Source: Caecitellus pseudoparvulus
Taxonomy: Eukaryota; Protista; Bigyra: Bicosoecida
Length of the DNA stretch: 54,175 bases
Reading direction: 5' to 3'
Assembly (NCBI GenBank): GCA_965644315.1
Contig: CBFFRQ010000072.1
Span: 1-54,175 of the forward strand
Shown: in pieces, positions 32,032 to 42,338 of the stretch
Layout of the letters: every line of letters starts with the position of its first letter
Numbering within the stretch: the first letter of the stretch is position 1
Translations under genes and position numbers: made by a program
The notes under the pieces: generated by a model
Databases searched by the model: none
Told to the model about the DNA's origin: nothing
What the model saw: the letters and a program-made list of their open reading frames with translations, nothing else

Positions 32032-34245
32032 TCAAATCAAGTCTCTCAAGCTCTCAAACTTGGCTGCTTGCTGCCGCACCCTGTCTGGGATCCTGCGATC
32101 CCCAGTCAGGCCCAGCAGCTCACGCACAACATCTTTGCGTCCTCTGCTGCAGGCCCACCCGAAGCCAGCCTCACGTCCACCCCGATCAGCCGCATGCACA
32201 TCCACTTCTCGCGCCCCAGTAAGGCCTAACAACTCACGCACGATGTCTGTGTGGCCCTTCTTGCATGCCTCTCGGAAGGCGGCCTCAGGTCCATCCCAAG
32301 CCGCCGCATGCACATCCACTGCCCGCGCACCAGTGAGGGCCAACAGCTCACGCACGACATCTGTGTGACTCCTGAAGCATGCCCAACGGAAGGCGGCTTC
32401 TGGCCCTGTACTGCTAAAAAGTGATCCCCCCGGCCCTATCCCTTCCGCATGTACATTCACTGCCTCATCCCCCGTCAAAGCAAGCAGCTCACGCACCCTC
32501 GCAAGATTACCATCTTTGCACGCATTCACGAATGCAGCAGTGTTCACCTCATTGAATGTCTCCAGCTCAGGAGCTGGGTTAGACTCTGAAGTCAGTGCTG
32601 CCGCAGCTTCGGCTGCCTGCGCCTGACCTGCTGCGTCAACTGCCTGCTCTCCATCAAGCACACACCGCACCGCACTTTCCACACGCGACAAGCTCTTCAC
32701 TCCAAACCTTCTTGCCTCACACGCCATCGCATATGCACCCATGCAACAACCACTCCCTCCCCGCGCCAACACCTCCAACGCGCTCGTCAATGCATGCTCA
32801 CCACCCTCGCCGCTGCCCACGAAGCTCGACACAGCGCCCGATCCGCCACCCAACGCACCACCTGACACACCAAGCACCTCGTGGAGCACACCCAACACAC
32901 CCTCACCATCACCGCTACCACCGTCAGAGCGACCTGTGCCCCACACATCGCCACATGCACTCAACACAACCTCACACCCACCCCTCTCCAATGCGCCCAC
33001 CAGATCACCCACACTGCCACTCTCCACACCAACCACCACGAAGCTCCCCACACCCACACAACTCAGTCTCACTCCACACGCCTCCGCCACAGCACACACA
33101 CCCAGCACCCTCAGAGCCACGCGCTGCTTCACATCCTGCCCAACATTGCCCCACGCTTCATCCTCCAGGAACACCCTCAGCGGCCACCCCGCCTCACAGT
33201 GAACCTGCACTGTGACACTGCTCCTCTCGCCAACCGGCTCATCGGCATGGCCACCTCCACAGATGTGCGCCAAAGCGAGCTTGTGTGATTTTTGTGCCAT
33301 CCGCGGAAGTCCATGCGCGATGCGAGCCGCTTCGCCACGCTTCACAGCGCCAACACTCGTGGCAAGGGCTGTCGCACCCGCCTCCACACTCCCTGCCCAC
33401 TGTTCCACATCCCCAACTCCACCCACATCCTCATCCACGATCTCACTCCGTCCACTGTACACACTCACGTCCTTGCCGTTCAGGCACTCTAAGCCCATCG
33501 GCAAGTCCAGCCCACCCACAGCCTTCACCTTACGACCACTCATGACCGGTACACACCCCAACAGCTCACGCAGCTCCTGCACCGCACTCGCAGCACACTC
33601 CAAGTGCTTCGCAGCACTCTCACTCCTCAGATCACCTGCCGCCTCGCCTCGCAGCCAACCAGCCTGCTGCCGCATGCCAGCAAGAGCCGCCTCTGTCGCA
33701 GCCACGCCATCCGCATCATGTGTGACAGGGTCACCCTCACCAGCCACATCCACATCCGCCCCCGTGAAGCCTTGCCACCATCGCGTCAGATCAGCCAGCG
33801 CACCCTCCACGTTCACGCCGCTCCGCACACTGCCCCAAGCACCCACGATGGCGCCCCACAGTGCGTCACCCTCCGGCACTGCATCGGCACTCACGCCAGA
33901 CGCCGCCTGGTGCAGCACATCCACCGCGGCGAAGCACCGGAACGACAGGTACTGCAGCGCAGCACACACACCACCTCGCTCACGCTGCCCCGCCAACAGC
34001 CCAGCCTGCTCCAACAGCGCACTCCCTGCATCACGCAGTGCAGCTTCAAGCTCCACCAGGCTCATGGTCGATGGGGCATCGCCTGCAGCAGGTGCTTCGC
34101 CCCGCCCAATGGCTGCCAGTCCTCGCAGTGCTGGTCCGTGGTCCATGACGCTGCCCGGCAAGCACTTCATCTTGCCAAAGCATGCCGCCACCACCTCAGC
34201 CTGTGTATCGTGGACGCTTGCAGTTGGCGCTGCAACGCCCTCCAT
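32032..34245 (-). CDS. helical N-terminus + putative pseudokinase + 4 ankyrin repeats (paralogue A)
   Basis: Ankyrin-like units such as EAAFRxACxxGHTDxVRELLxLTG. ATG at 34245 (MEGVAAP), whose position is conserved in paralogue C. The kinase-like middle region is inferred from motif spacing. Confidence 0.8.
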   Translation of the reverse strand: MEGVAAPTASVHDTQAEVVAACFGKMKCLPGSVMDHGPALRGLAAIGRGEAPAAGDAPSTMSLVELEAALRDAGSALLEQAGLLAGQRERGGVCAALQYLSFRCFAAVDVLHQAASGVSADAVPEGDALWGAIVGAWGSVRSGVNVEGALADLTRWWQGFTGADVDVAGEGDPVTHDADGVAATEAALAGMRQQAGWLRGEAAGDLRSESAAKHLECAASAVQELRELLGCVPVMSGRKVKAVGGLDLPMGLECLNGKDVSVYSGRSEIVDEDVGGVGDVEQWAGSVEAGATALATSVGAVKRGEAARIAHGLPRMAQKSHKLALAHICGGGHADEPVGERSSVTVQVHCEAGWPLRVFLEDEAWGNVGQDVKQRVALRVLGVCAVAEACGVRLSCVGVGSFVVVGVESGSVGDLVGALERGGCEVVLSACGDVWGTGRSDGGSGDGEGVLGVLHEVLGVSGGALGGGSGAVSSFVGSGEGGEHALTSALEVLARGGSGCCMGAYAMACEARRFGVKSLSRVESAVRCVLDGEQAVDAAGQAQAAEAAAALTSESNPAPELETFNEVNTAAFVNACKDGNLARVRELLALTGDEAVNVHAEGIGPGGSLFSSTGPEAAFRWACFRSHTDVVRELLALTGARAVDVHAAAWDGPEAAFREACKKGHTDIVRELLGLTGAREVDVHAADRGGREAGFGWACSRGRKDVVRELLGLTGDRRIPDRVRQQAAKFESLRDLI

Positions 34246-34960
34246 GGCCTGACTTGCTGCTGCTGCCTGAGGCGTTGGGGGGGGGCAGGGCGCTGTGTGC
34301 TTTGGTGTGTGCTTCATGCTCGGTCGCACGTGCCGGCGAAAGCGGAGCGCCATGCCTACACCAACGCCCACGCACCATGGGGATGGATGGCAGGGGGTCA
34401 AGTCAGGCGTAGCTGTGCTGTGAAGCTAGATCCTGTGGAGTTGAGTTAGCGGCTAGGTGTGCTGGTGCGGCAGGGGGGAGGCGTTGTCGTGGTGGGCGTG
34501 TGTGGAGCAACTTCCGCACTTGCATCGGTGCACGCTCACCTGTGGCGGCCAGGGCAGGAGACAAGACGCCAAGCACGATGATACGCATGTGTGCAGTGAT
34601 ACCACAGGTGGGCGTGGGAAATAGTTGAGGCGCAGTTTGATGCCAGGTAACATGATGGTGTCCGGCTCCGCTCGATTGGGTGTCCGGCTGAAAGGCCGAA
34701 GGTCCCCTTGAGCCGGACACCGGTGTGTGGGAACTGTCAAAAGGAAAGTTCTTTGACCCCCTCAAGGGTCTAAGTACTTGTCATCTTCTGTTCACCCCCC
34801 CAGCGTTTTGTGAGGGAGAACCATCTTGTAGGGTCAATACGACAGGATCCTTGTCAGTTCGGCCACATCCCCAAGGTGTTGGAGGTCTACCACAAAGCGT
34901 CCAGTATTGAAGACTACACGACACATGGTGGGGGCAATAGATCTTCCCTGGTGCCTGTAC

Positions 34961-36505
34961 GTAAGGGCGTGCAGGAGGCGCAGGCGAGTGACGCTGCCTC
35001 GGCAGCCATGCGGCACGCCCAGCACCTGGAGGGAGACGCCGCAGCGGATGACAGCGATGGCAATGGTGATGGGAGCGACGTGGAGGATGCCGCAGCGGTA
35101 GTGGGGGGCAGTCTGGCGTTGCTGGGTGCAGCGAGTGGGTCGGGGCAGACCAGTGCGCCTGACACTGCACGTGCCGTGCCGAGTGGAGTGGCGGGTGGCG
35201 GCGGGGAGCTGGAGGGCGATGACAGTGATGCCAGCGGTGACGGGGATGTGGATAGGTGGAGGCGTGTGGTGACGCCTGCCGTGGCTGCGCGGCGTGCGGC
35301 TCAGGCGCAGGCCCGCAAGGCTGCCGCAGCCCTGCCGTGGGACATGGCGTATTACGCCTGCACCCTCCTGCAGCGTCTGTGGGGGTACATCCCCGTGTGC
35401 TGAGCGAGGCAGTGGCAGTGGCGTTGGTGGTACGCCTGCCAGCGGCACGAAGCGGCGGCGCAAGGCAGGGAAGGCGCACGAGTCAGTCGCCACCACTGCT
35501 GTCACGCTGCACAGTGCGCTGTGGACGTCTCTGGATGCTCTGACCGACATCATGGTGTTCCCCCACGCGTGGGTGCGGGCAGCAGCAGCCAGGTGTCTGG
35601 GCGCCGTCCTGAACACCGTGGCAGTGGCGAGCGTGGGGAGCTGCCCCCCACCGCCTGGCGTGGCGTCGTGGCTGGCTGGGGATGAGCGCCTGTTCGCCCT
35701 AGCCCGGGCAGCCTGTGTGCAGCTGGCGGACGGGGCGCTGAGCAGGGAGCAGGGCACGGCTCTGGCGTCGGTGCTGCTGTTCACGACGATAGGGCTGTTC
35801 GCCACGACGCCGCCCAGCTCCCGCAACACAATCCCGCCCCACCTCGCCCAGCGCACGGCTCGCTTGGCCGGCAAGTCCACCCTGCTCGTGGGTGGCGTGG
35901 AGGTGCAGCGGGACAGCCCACTCTCCACACACACTGCCCAAGATGACGGTGGCAGTGCGCGGGACCCGCTGTTCTGGCTGCTGCAGCGCCTCAGCAACAC
36001 GGCAGTGCAGCAGGGCGGGCCGGCGGCCACCACGGCGCTGAACGTGTTCGGGGCCATGGCTGGGCACTTGCCGCAGGTGGACTCACAGCGTTACGTGGTA
36101 CCGGTGGCACGGGCAGTGTTCCGCACTGTGCAGGCGGCAGAGCACGTGGCCAGCGACCTCCGCCTGGCCAATGCGCCATCCTGGTCAGAGCAAGGCCAGC
36201 AGGCGGCCGCTGCGTCAGTGACAGGCGCCTTGGCGTCGGAGGTCATGGAGGCGGTGCAGACTGCCATGGGCGCAGATGTGTTCCTGACGGCGTACAACGG
36301 CGAGCGGCGGGCCAGGGCGGCGGCGAAGGAGCGGCGAGCAAAGCAGGTGGTGCAGGAGGCGGTGATGGACCCGGCAGCAGCTGCAGCACGTCGGAGCCAA
36401 AAGGCACAGGCGAAGAAGCGCCACGGGGCGAAGCGAATGGACAAGGTGAAGGTGCTGCGAGGCGGTAATGAGAGTAGCAGGAAGCGGGGGAGGGAAAAGG
36501 TGTGA
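34961..36505 (+). pseudogene. UTP20: 3' fragment of UTP20 (SSU processome component 20), frameshifted; copy 1
   Basis: WDMAYY...LQRL, IMVFPHAWVRAAAARCLG and the C-terminal VFLTAYN...EAVMDPAAAAARRSQKAQAKKR match the end of UTP20. Only about 500 aa of a more than 2000-aa protein is present, with frame changes near 35390-35430. The left boundary is approximate. Confidence 0.65.
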
Positions 36506-36685
36506 GAGGCGTTGGTTTGTAAAGGGGTGTGCAATGCAGGTATGAGAGCGAGAGGTGTGTGGGGATGGTATTGGAGTGTTGGTGTGCCGTGGTTTGGGGT
36601 GGTGTGGTGTGGCATGTGCTTGTGTGGAGGTGGGGTGGGTGTCAGGTTCACCACATGTTGCATTGGTCTGAGCTTGAACCTGGGG

Positions 36686-39600
36686 TCAAATGAAGTCGCT
36701 CAGGGTCTCACACTTTGCGGCTTCCTGTCGCACGCTGTCTGGGATCCTGCGGTCGCCAGTGAGGGCCAACAGCTCACGCACGATGTCTATATGACCATTG
36801 GCGCATGCCAACCGGAAGGCAGCCTCAGGTCCTTTCCCATGCGCATCCACACCCACCTCCCGCGCACCGGTGAGAGCTAGCAGCTCTCGCACAATGTCGA
36901 GGTGGCCATTGGCACATGCCTCTCGGAAGGCGGCATCGGGTACGTCAGCCGCAGCAAAACCATTGCCCACAGAAACCATTCCTGCCGCGTGCACATCCAC
37001 TGCCCGCCTTCCAGTGAGGGCCAACAACTCACGCACGACGTCTATATGACCATTTTTGCATGCCGCTCGGAAGGCAGCCTCACGATAAGGGCTTCTGCCA
37101 AAATGCCCAGGCATGACTCCATCCTCCGCGTGCACATCCACTGCCCGCGTTCCAGTGAGGGCCAACAACTCACGCACGACGTCTATGTGGCCATTCTCGC
37201 ATGCCGCTCGGAAGGCAGCCTCACGATAAGGGCTTCTGCCAAAATGCCCAAGTACAACCCTATCCCCCGCGTGCACATCCACTGCCCGCGTTCCAGTGAG
37301 GGCCAACAACTCACGCACGACGTCTATGTGGCCATTCTCGCATGCCACTCGGAAGGCAGCCTCAGGTTTACCCCTATCTGCCGCGTGCACATCCACTGCT
37401 CGCGCCCCAGTCAGACTCAGCAGCTCACGCACAACATCTGTATGACCCATTTTGCATGCCGCTCGGAAGGCGGCTTCAGGCCCGTCATCATCCCCCACGT
37501 GCACATCCACTGCTCGCGCCCCAGTCAGACTCAGCAGCTCACGCACAACATCTGTATGACCCATTTTGCATGCCGCTCGGAAGGCGGCCTCAGGGCAAGG
37601 TCTTGTGTCAGAAAACCCACATCTCACTTTAACTTCATCAACCGCGTGCACATCCACTTCCCGGTGCCCAGTCAGGCTCAACAGCTCACGCACGATGTCA
37701 GTGTGGCCATTGGCACATGCCCATCGGAAGGCGGCCTCAGGTCCATCCCAATCCGCCGCATGCACATTCACTTCCCGCGCCCCGGAGAGACCTAGCAGGT
37801 CACGCACGATGTCAGTGTGGCCATTGGCACATGCCCATCGGAAGGCGGCCTCAGGCCCATCCTCATCCGCCGCGTGCACATCCACTTCCCGGTGCCCAGT
37901 CAGGCTCAACAGCTCACGCACGATGTCTGTTTGGCCATTGGCACATGCCCATCGGAAGGCGGCCTCAGGCCCATCCCCATCCGCTGCATGCACATCCACC
38001 TCCCGCGCCCCAGTCAGGCCCAGCAGCTCATGCACGATGTCTGTGTGGCCATTCTCGCATGCCGCTCCGAAGGCGGCCTCAGGCCCATCCTCATCCGCTG
38101 TGTGCACATCCACCGCCTCATCCCCCGTCAATGCAAGCAGCTCACGCACCCTCGCAAGATTACCATCCTTGCACGCATTCACGAATGCAGCAGAGTTCGC
38201 CTCATTGAATGTCTCCAGCTCAGGGGTTGGCTCCGACTGTGCAGCCGGTGCTGCCGCAGCTTCGGCCTCCTGCGCCTCACCTGCCGCAGCAGCTGCCTGC
38301 TCTCCATCAAGCAAGCTCCGCACAGCACTCTCCACACCTGACAGACGCTCCGATCCCCCCCCCCTTCCTTCACACGCCATCGCATACGCACCCATGCAGC
38401 AACCACTCCCTCCCCTCCCCAACACCTCCAACACGCTCGTCAGAGCATGCTCACCACCTTCACCACTGCTCACGAAAAGTGACCCAACGCCCGATCCGCC
38501 ACCCAACACATCACCTGCCACACCAAGCACCTCGTGCAGCACACCCAACACACCCTCACCACCACGGCAGCCGCCATCAGAGCGACTTGTGCCCCACACA
38601 CCGCCACACGCACTCAACACAACCTCACACCCACCCCTCTCCAATGCGCCCACCAGATCCCCCACACTGCCACTCCCCACGCCAACCACCACAAAGCTCC
38701 CCACACCCACACCATCCAGACTCATCCCACACGCCTCCGCCACAGCACACGCCCCCAATACACTCACAGCCACGCGCTGCTTCACATCCAGACCAACATC
38801 GCCCCACGCTTCATCCTCCAGGAACACCCTCAGCGGCGATCCCACCTCACACTGCACCTGCACTGTCACACTGCTCCTCTCACCAATCGGCTCTTCACCG
38901 CGACCACCGCCACACAGATGAAGCAATGCTGCTCTGCGTGGAGTCTGTGCCAACCGCGGCAGGCCATGCGCGATGCGGGTCGCTTCAACACGCTTCACCG
39001 CGCCAACACTCGTGGCAAGGGCCGTTGCACCCGCATCCACACTCCCTGCCCACTGTTCCACATCCCCAGCTCCACCCACATCCTCATCCACGATCTCACT
39101 CCGTCCACTGTACACACTCACGTCCTTGCCGTTCAGGCACTCCAAGCCGCCCGACAAGTCCAACCCTTGCACAGCCCTCACCTTCCGACCACTCATGACC
39201 GGCCCACACCCCAACAGCCCACGCAGCTCCTCCACCGCACTCGCAGCACTCTCCAAGTGCTTCGCAGCACTCTCACTCCTCAGATCACCTGCCGCCTCGC
39301 CTCGCAGCCAACCAGCCTGCTGCCGCATGCCAGCCAGAGCCGCATCCATCGCTGCCTCACCACCAGCATCATGCGTGATGGAGCCACCCTCACCAGCCAC
39401 ATCCACATCCGCCCCCGTGAAGCCTTGCCACCATCGCGTCAGATCAGCCAGCGCACCCTCCACGTTCACGCCGCTCCGCACACTGCCCCAAGCACCCACA
39501 ATGGCGCCCCACAGTGCGTCACCCTCCGGCACTGCATCGGCACTCACGCCAGACGCCGCCTGGTGCAGCACATCCACCGCGGCGAAGCACCGGAACGACA

Positions 39601-39898
39601 GGTACTGCAGCGCAGCACACACACCACCTCGCTCACGCTGCCCCGCCAACAGCCCAGCCTGCTCCAACAGCGCACTCCCTGCATCACGCAGTGCAGCTTC
39701 AAGCTCCACCAGGCTCATGGTCGATGGGGCATCGCCTGCAGCAGGTGCTTCGCCCCGCCCAATGGCTGCCAGTCCTCGCAGTGCTGGTCCGTGGTCCATG
39801 ACGCTGCCCGGCAAGCACTTCATCTTGCCAAAGCATGCCGCCACCACCTCAGCCTGTGTATCGTGGACGCTTGCAGTTGGCGCTGCAACGCCCTCCAT
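36686..39898 (-). CDS. helical N-terminus + putative pseudokinase + 12 ankyrin repeats (paralogue B, an A/C chimera)
   Basis: Intact ORF from the ATG at 39898. The 5' part is identical to paralogue A and the 3' part is near-identical to paralogue C. Confidence 0.85.
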   Translation of the reverse strand: MEGVAAPTASVHDTQAEVVAACFGKMKCLPGSVMDHGPALRGLAAIGRGEAPAAGDAPSTMSLVELEAALRDAGSALLEQAGLLAGQRERGGVCAALQYLSFRCFAAVDVLHQAASGVSADAVPEGDALWGAIVGAWGSVRSGVNVEGALADLTRWWQGFTGADVDVAGEGGSITHDAGGEAAMDAALAGMRQQAGWLRGEAAGDLRSESAAKHLESAASAVEELRGLLGCGPVMSGRKVRAVQGLDLSGGLECLNGKDVSVYSGRSEIVDEDVGGAGDVEQWAGSVDAGATALATSVGAVKRVEATRIAHGLPRLAQTPRRAALLHLCGGGRGEEPIGERSSVTVQVQCEVGSPLRVFLEDEAWGDVGLDVKQRVAVSVLGACAVAEACGMSLDGVGVGSFVVVGVGSGSVGDLVGALERGGCEVVLSACGGVWGTSRSDGGCRGGEGVLGVLHEVLGVAGDVLGGGSGVGSLFVSSGEGGEHALTSVLEVLGRGGSGCCMGAYAMACEGRGGGSERLSGVESAVRSLLDGEQAAAAAGEAQEAEAAAAPAAQSEPTPELETFNEANSAAFVNACKDGNLARVRELLALTGDEAVDVHTADEDGPEAAFGAACENGHTDIVHELLGLTGAREVDVHAADGDGPEAAFRWACANGQTDIVRELLSLTGHREVDVHAADEDGPEAAFRWACANGHTDIVRDLLGLSGAREVNVHAADWDGPEAAFRWACANGHTDIVRELLSLTGHREVDVHAVDEVKVRCGFSDTRPCPEAAFRAACKMGHTDVVRELLSLTGARAVDVHVGDDDGPEAAFRAACKMGHTDVVRELLSLTGARAVDVHAADRGKPEAAFRVACENGHIDVVRELLALTGTRAVDVHAGDRVVLGHFGRSPYREAAFRAACENGHIDVVRELLALTGTRAVDVHAEDGVMPGHFGRSPYREAAFRAACKNGHIDVVRELLALTGRRAVDVHAAGMVSVGNGFAAADVPDAAFREACANGHLDIVRELLALTGAREVGVDAHGKGPEAAFRLACANGHIDIVRELLALTGDRRIPDSVRQEAAKCETLSDFI
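36740..38200 (-). repeat. coding array of 12 ankyrin repeats (about 38-aa/114-bp core, some with 9-11 aa loop inserts)
   Basis: Repeated EAAFRxACxNGHxDxVRELLxLTGxRxVDVH. The same array recurs at about 42390-43850. Confidence 0.9.
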
Positions 39899-40613
39899 GG
39901 CCTGACTTGCTGCTGCTGCCTGAGGCGTTGGGGGGGGGCAGGGCGCTGTGTGCTTTGGTGTGTGCTTCATGCTCGGTCGCACGTGCCGGCGAAAGCGGAG
40001 CGCCATGCCTACACCAACGCCCACGCACCATGGGGATGGATGGCAGGGGGTCAAGTCAGGCGTAGCTGTGCTGTGAAGCTAGATCCTGTGGAGTTGAGTT
40101 AGCGGCTAGGTGTGCTGGTGCGGCAGGGGGGAGGCGTTGTCGTGGTGGGCGTGTGTGGAGCAACTTCCGCACTTGCATCGGTGCACGCTCACCTGTGGCG
40201 GCCAGGGCAGGAGACAAGACGCCAAGCACGATGATACGCATGTGTGCAGTGATACCACAGGTGGGCGTGGGAAATAGTTGAGGCGCAGTTTGATGCCAGG
40301 TAACATGATGGTGTCCGGCTCCGCTCGATTGGGTGTCCGGCTGAAAGGCCGAAGGTCCCCTTGAGCCGGACACCGGTGTGTGGGAACTGTCAAAAGGAAA
40401 GTTCTTTGACCCCCTCAAGGGTCTAAGTACTTGTCATCTTCTGTTCACCCCCCCAGCGTTTTGTGAGGGAGAACCATCTTGTAGGGTCAATACGACAGGA
40501 TCCTTGTCAGTTCGGCCACATCCCCAAGGTGTTGGAGGTCTACCACAAAGCGTCCAGTATTGAAGACTACACGACACATGGTGGGGGCAATAGATCTTCC
40601 CTGGTGCCTGTAC

Positions 40614-42158
40614 GTAAGGGCGTGCAGGAGGCGCAGGCGAGTGACGCTGCCTCGGCAGCCATGCGGCACGCCCAGCACCTGGAGGGAGACGCCGCAGCGG
40701 ATGACAGCGATGGCAATGGTGATGGGAGCGACGTGGAGGATGCCGCAGCGGTAGTGGGGGGCAGTCTGGCGTTGCTGGGTGCAGCGAGTGGGTCGGGGCA
40801 GACCAGTGCGCCTGACACTGCACGTGCCGTGCCGAGTGGAGTGGCGGGTGGCGGCGGGGAGCTGGAGGGCGATGACAGTGATGCCAGCGGTGACGGGGAT
40901 GTGGATAGGTGGAGGCGTGTGGTGACGCCTGCCGTGGCTGCGCGGCGTGCGGCTCAGGCGCAGGCCCGCAAGGCTGCCGCAGCCCTGCCGTGGGACATGG
41001 CGTATTACGCCTGCACCCTCCTGCAGCGTCTGTGGGGGTACATCCCCGTGTGCTGAGCGAGGCAGTGGCAGTGGCGTTGGTGGTACGCCTGCCAGCGGCA
41101 CGAAGCGGCGGCGCAAGGCAGGGAAGGCGCACGAGTCAGTCGCCACCACTGCTGTCACGCTGCACAGTGCGCTGTGGACGTCTCTGGATGCTCTGACCGA
41201 CATCATGGTGTTCCCCCACGCGTGGGTGCGGGCAGCAGCAGCCAGGTGTCTGGGCGCCGTCCTGAACACCGTGGCAGTGGCGAGCGTGGGGAGCTGCCCC
41301 CCACCGCCTGGCGTGGCGTCGTGGCTGGCTGGGGATGAGCGCCTGTTCGCCCTAGCCCGGGCAGCCTGTGTGCAGCTGGCGGACGGGGCGCTGAGCAGGG
41401 AGCAGGGCACGGCTCTGGCGTCGGTGCTGCTGTTCACGACGATAGGGCTGTTCGCCACGACGCCGCCCAGCTCCCGCAACACAATCCCGCCCCACCTCGC
41501 CCAGCGCACGGCTCGCTTGGCCGGCAAGTCCACCCTGCTCGTGGGTGGCGTGGAGGTGCAGCGGGACAGCCCACTCTCCACACACACTGCCCAAGATGAC
41601 GGTGGCAGTGCGCGGGACCCGCTGTTCTGGCTGCTGCAGCGCCTCAGCAACACGGCAGTGCAGCAGGGCGGGCCGGCGGCCACCACGGCGCTGAACGTGT
41701 TCGGGGCCATGGCTGGGCACTTGCCGCAGGTGGACTCACAGCGTTACGTGGTACCGGTGGCACGGGCAGTGTTCCGCACTGTGCAGGCGGCAGAGCACGT
41801 GGCCAGCGACCTCCGCCTGGCCAATGCGCCATCCTGGTCAGAGCAAGGCCAGCAGGCGGCCGCTGCGTCAGTGACAGGCGCCTTGGCGTCGGAGGTCATG
41901 GAGGCGGTGCAGACTGCCATGGGCGCAGATGTGTTCCTGACGGCGTACAACGGCGAGCGGCGGGCCAGGGCGGCGGCGAAGGAGCGGCGAGCAAAGCAGG
42001 TGGTGCAGGAGGCGGTGATGGACCCGGCAGCAGCTGCAGCACGTCGGAGCCAAAAGGCACAGGCGAAGAAGCGCCACGGGGCGAAGCGAATGGACAAGGT
42101 GAAGGTGCTGCGAGGCGGTAATGAGAGTAGCAGGAAGCGGGGGAGGGAAAAGGTGTGA
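40614..42158 (+). pseudogene. UTP20: 3' fragment of UTP20, frameshifted; copy 2
   Basis: Identical to 34961-36505, shifted by 5653 bp. Confidence 0.65.
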
Positions 42159-42338
42159 GAGGCGTTGGTTTGTAAAGGGGTGTGCAATGCAGGTATGAGA
42201 GCGAGAGGTGTGTGGGGATGGTATTGGAGTGTTGGTGTGCCGTGGTTTGGGGTGGTGTGGTGTGGCATGTGCTTGTGTGGAGGTGGGGTGGGTGTCAGGT
42301 TCACCACATGTTGCATTGGTCTGAGCTTGAACCTGGGG

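Noticed and set aside
34657-36505. Helitron-mediated capture of the UTP20 fragment
   Set aside because: A hairpin is present, but no CTRR terminus follows it and no Rep/helicase is seen.
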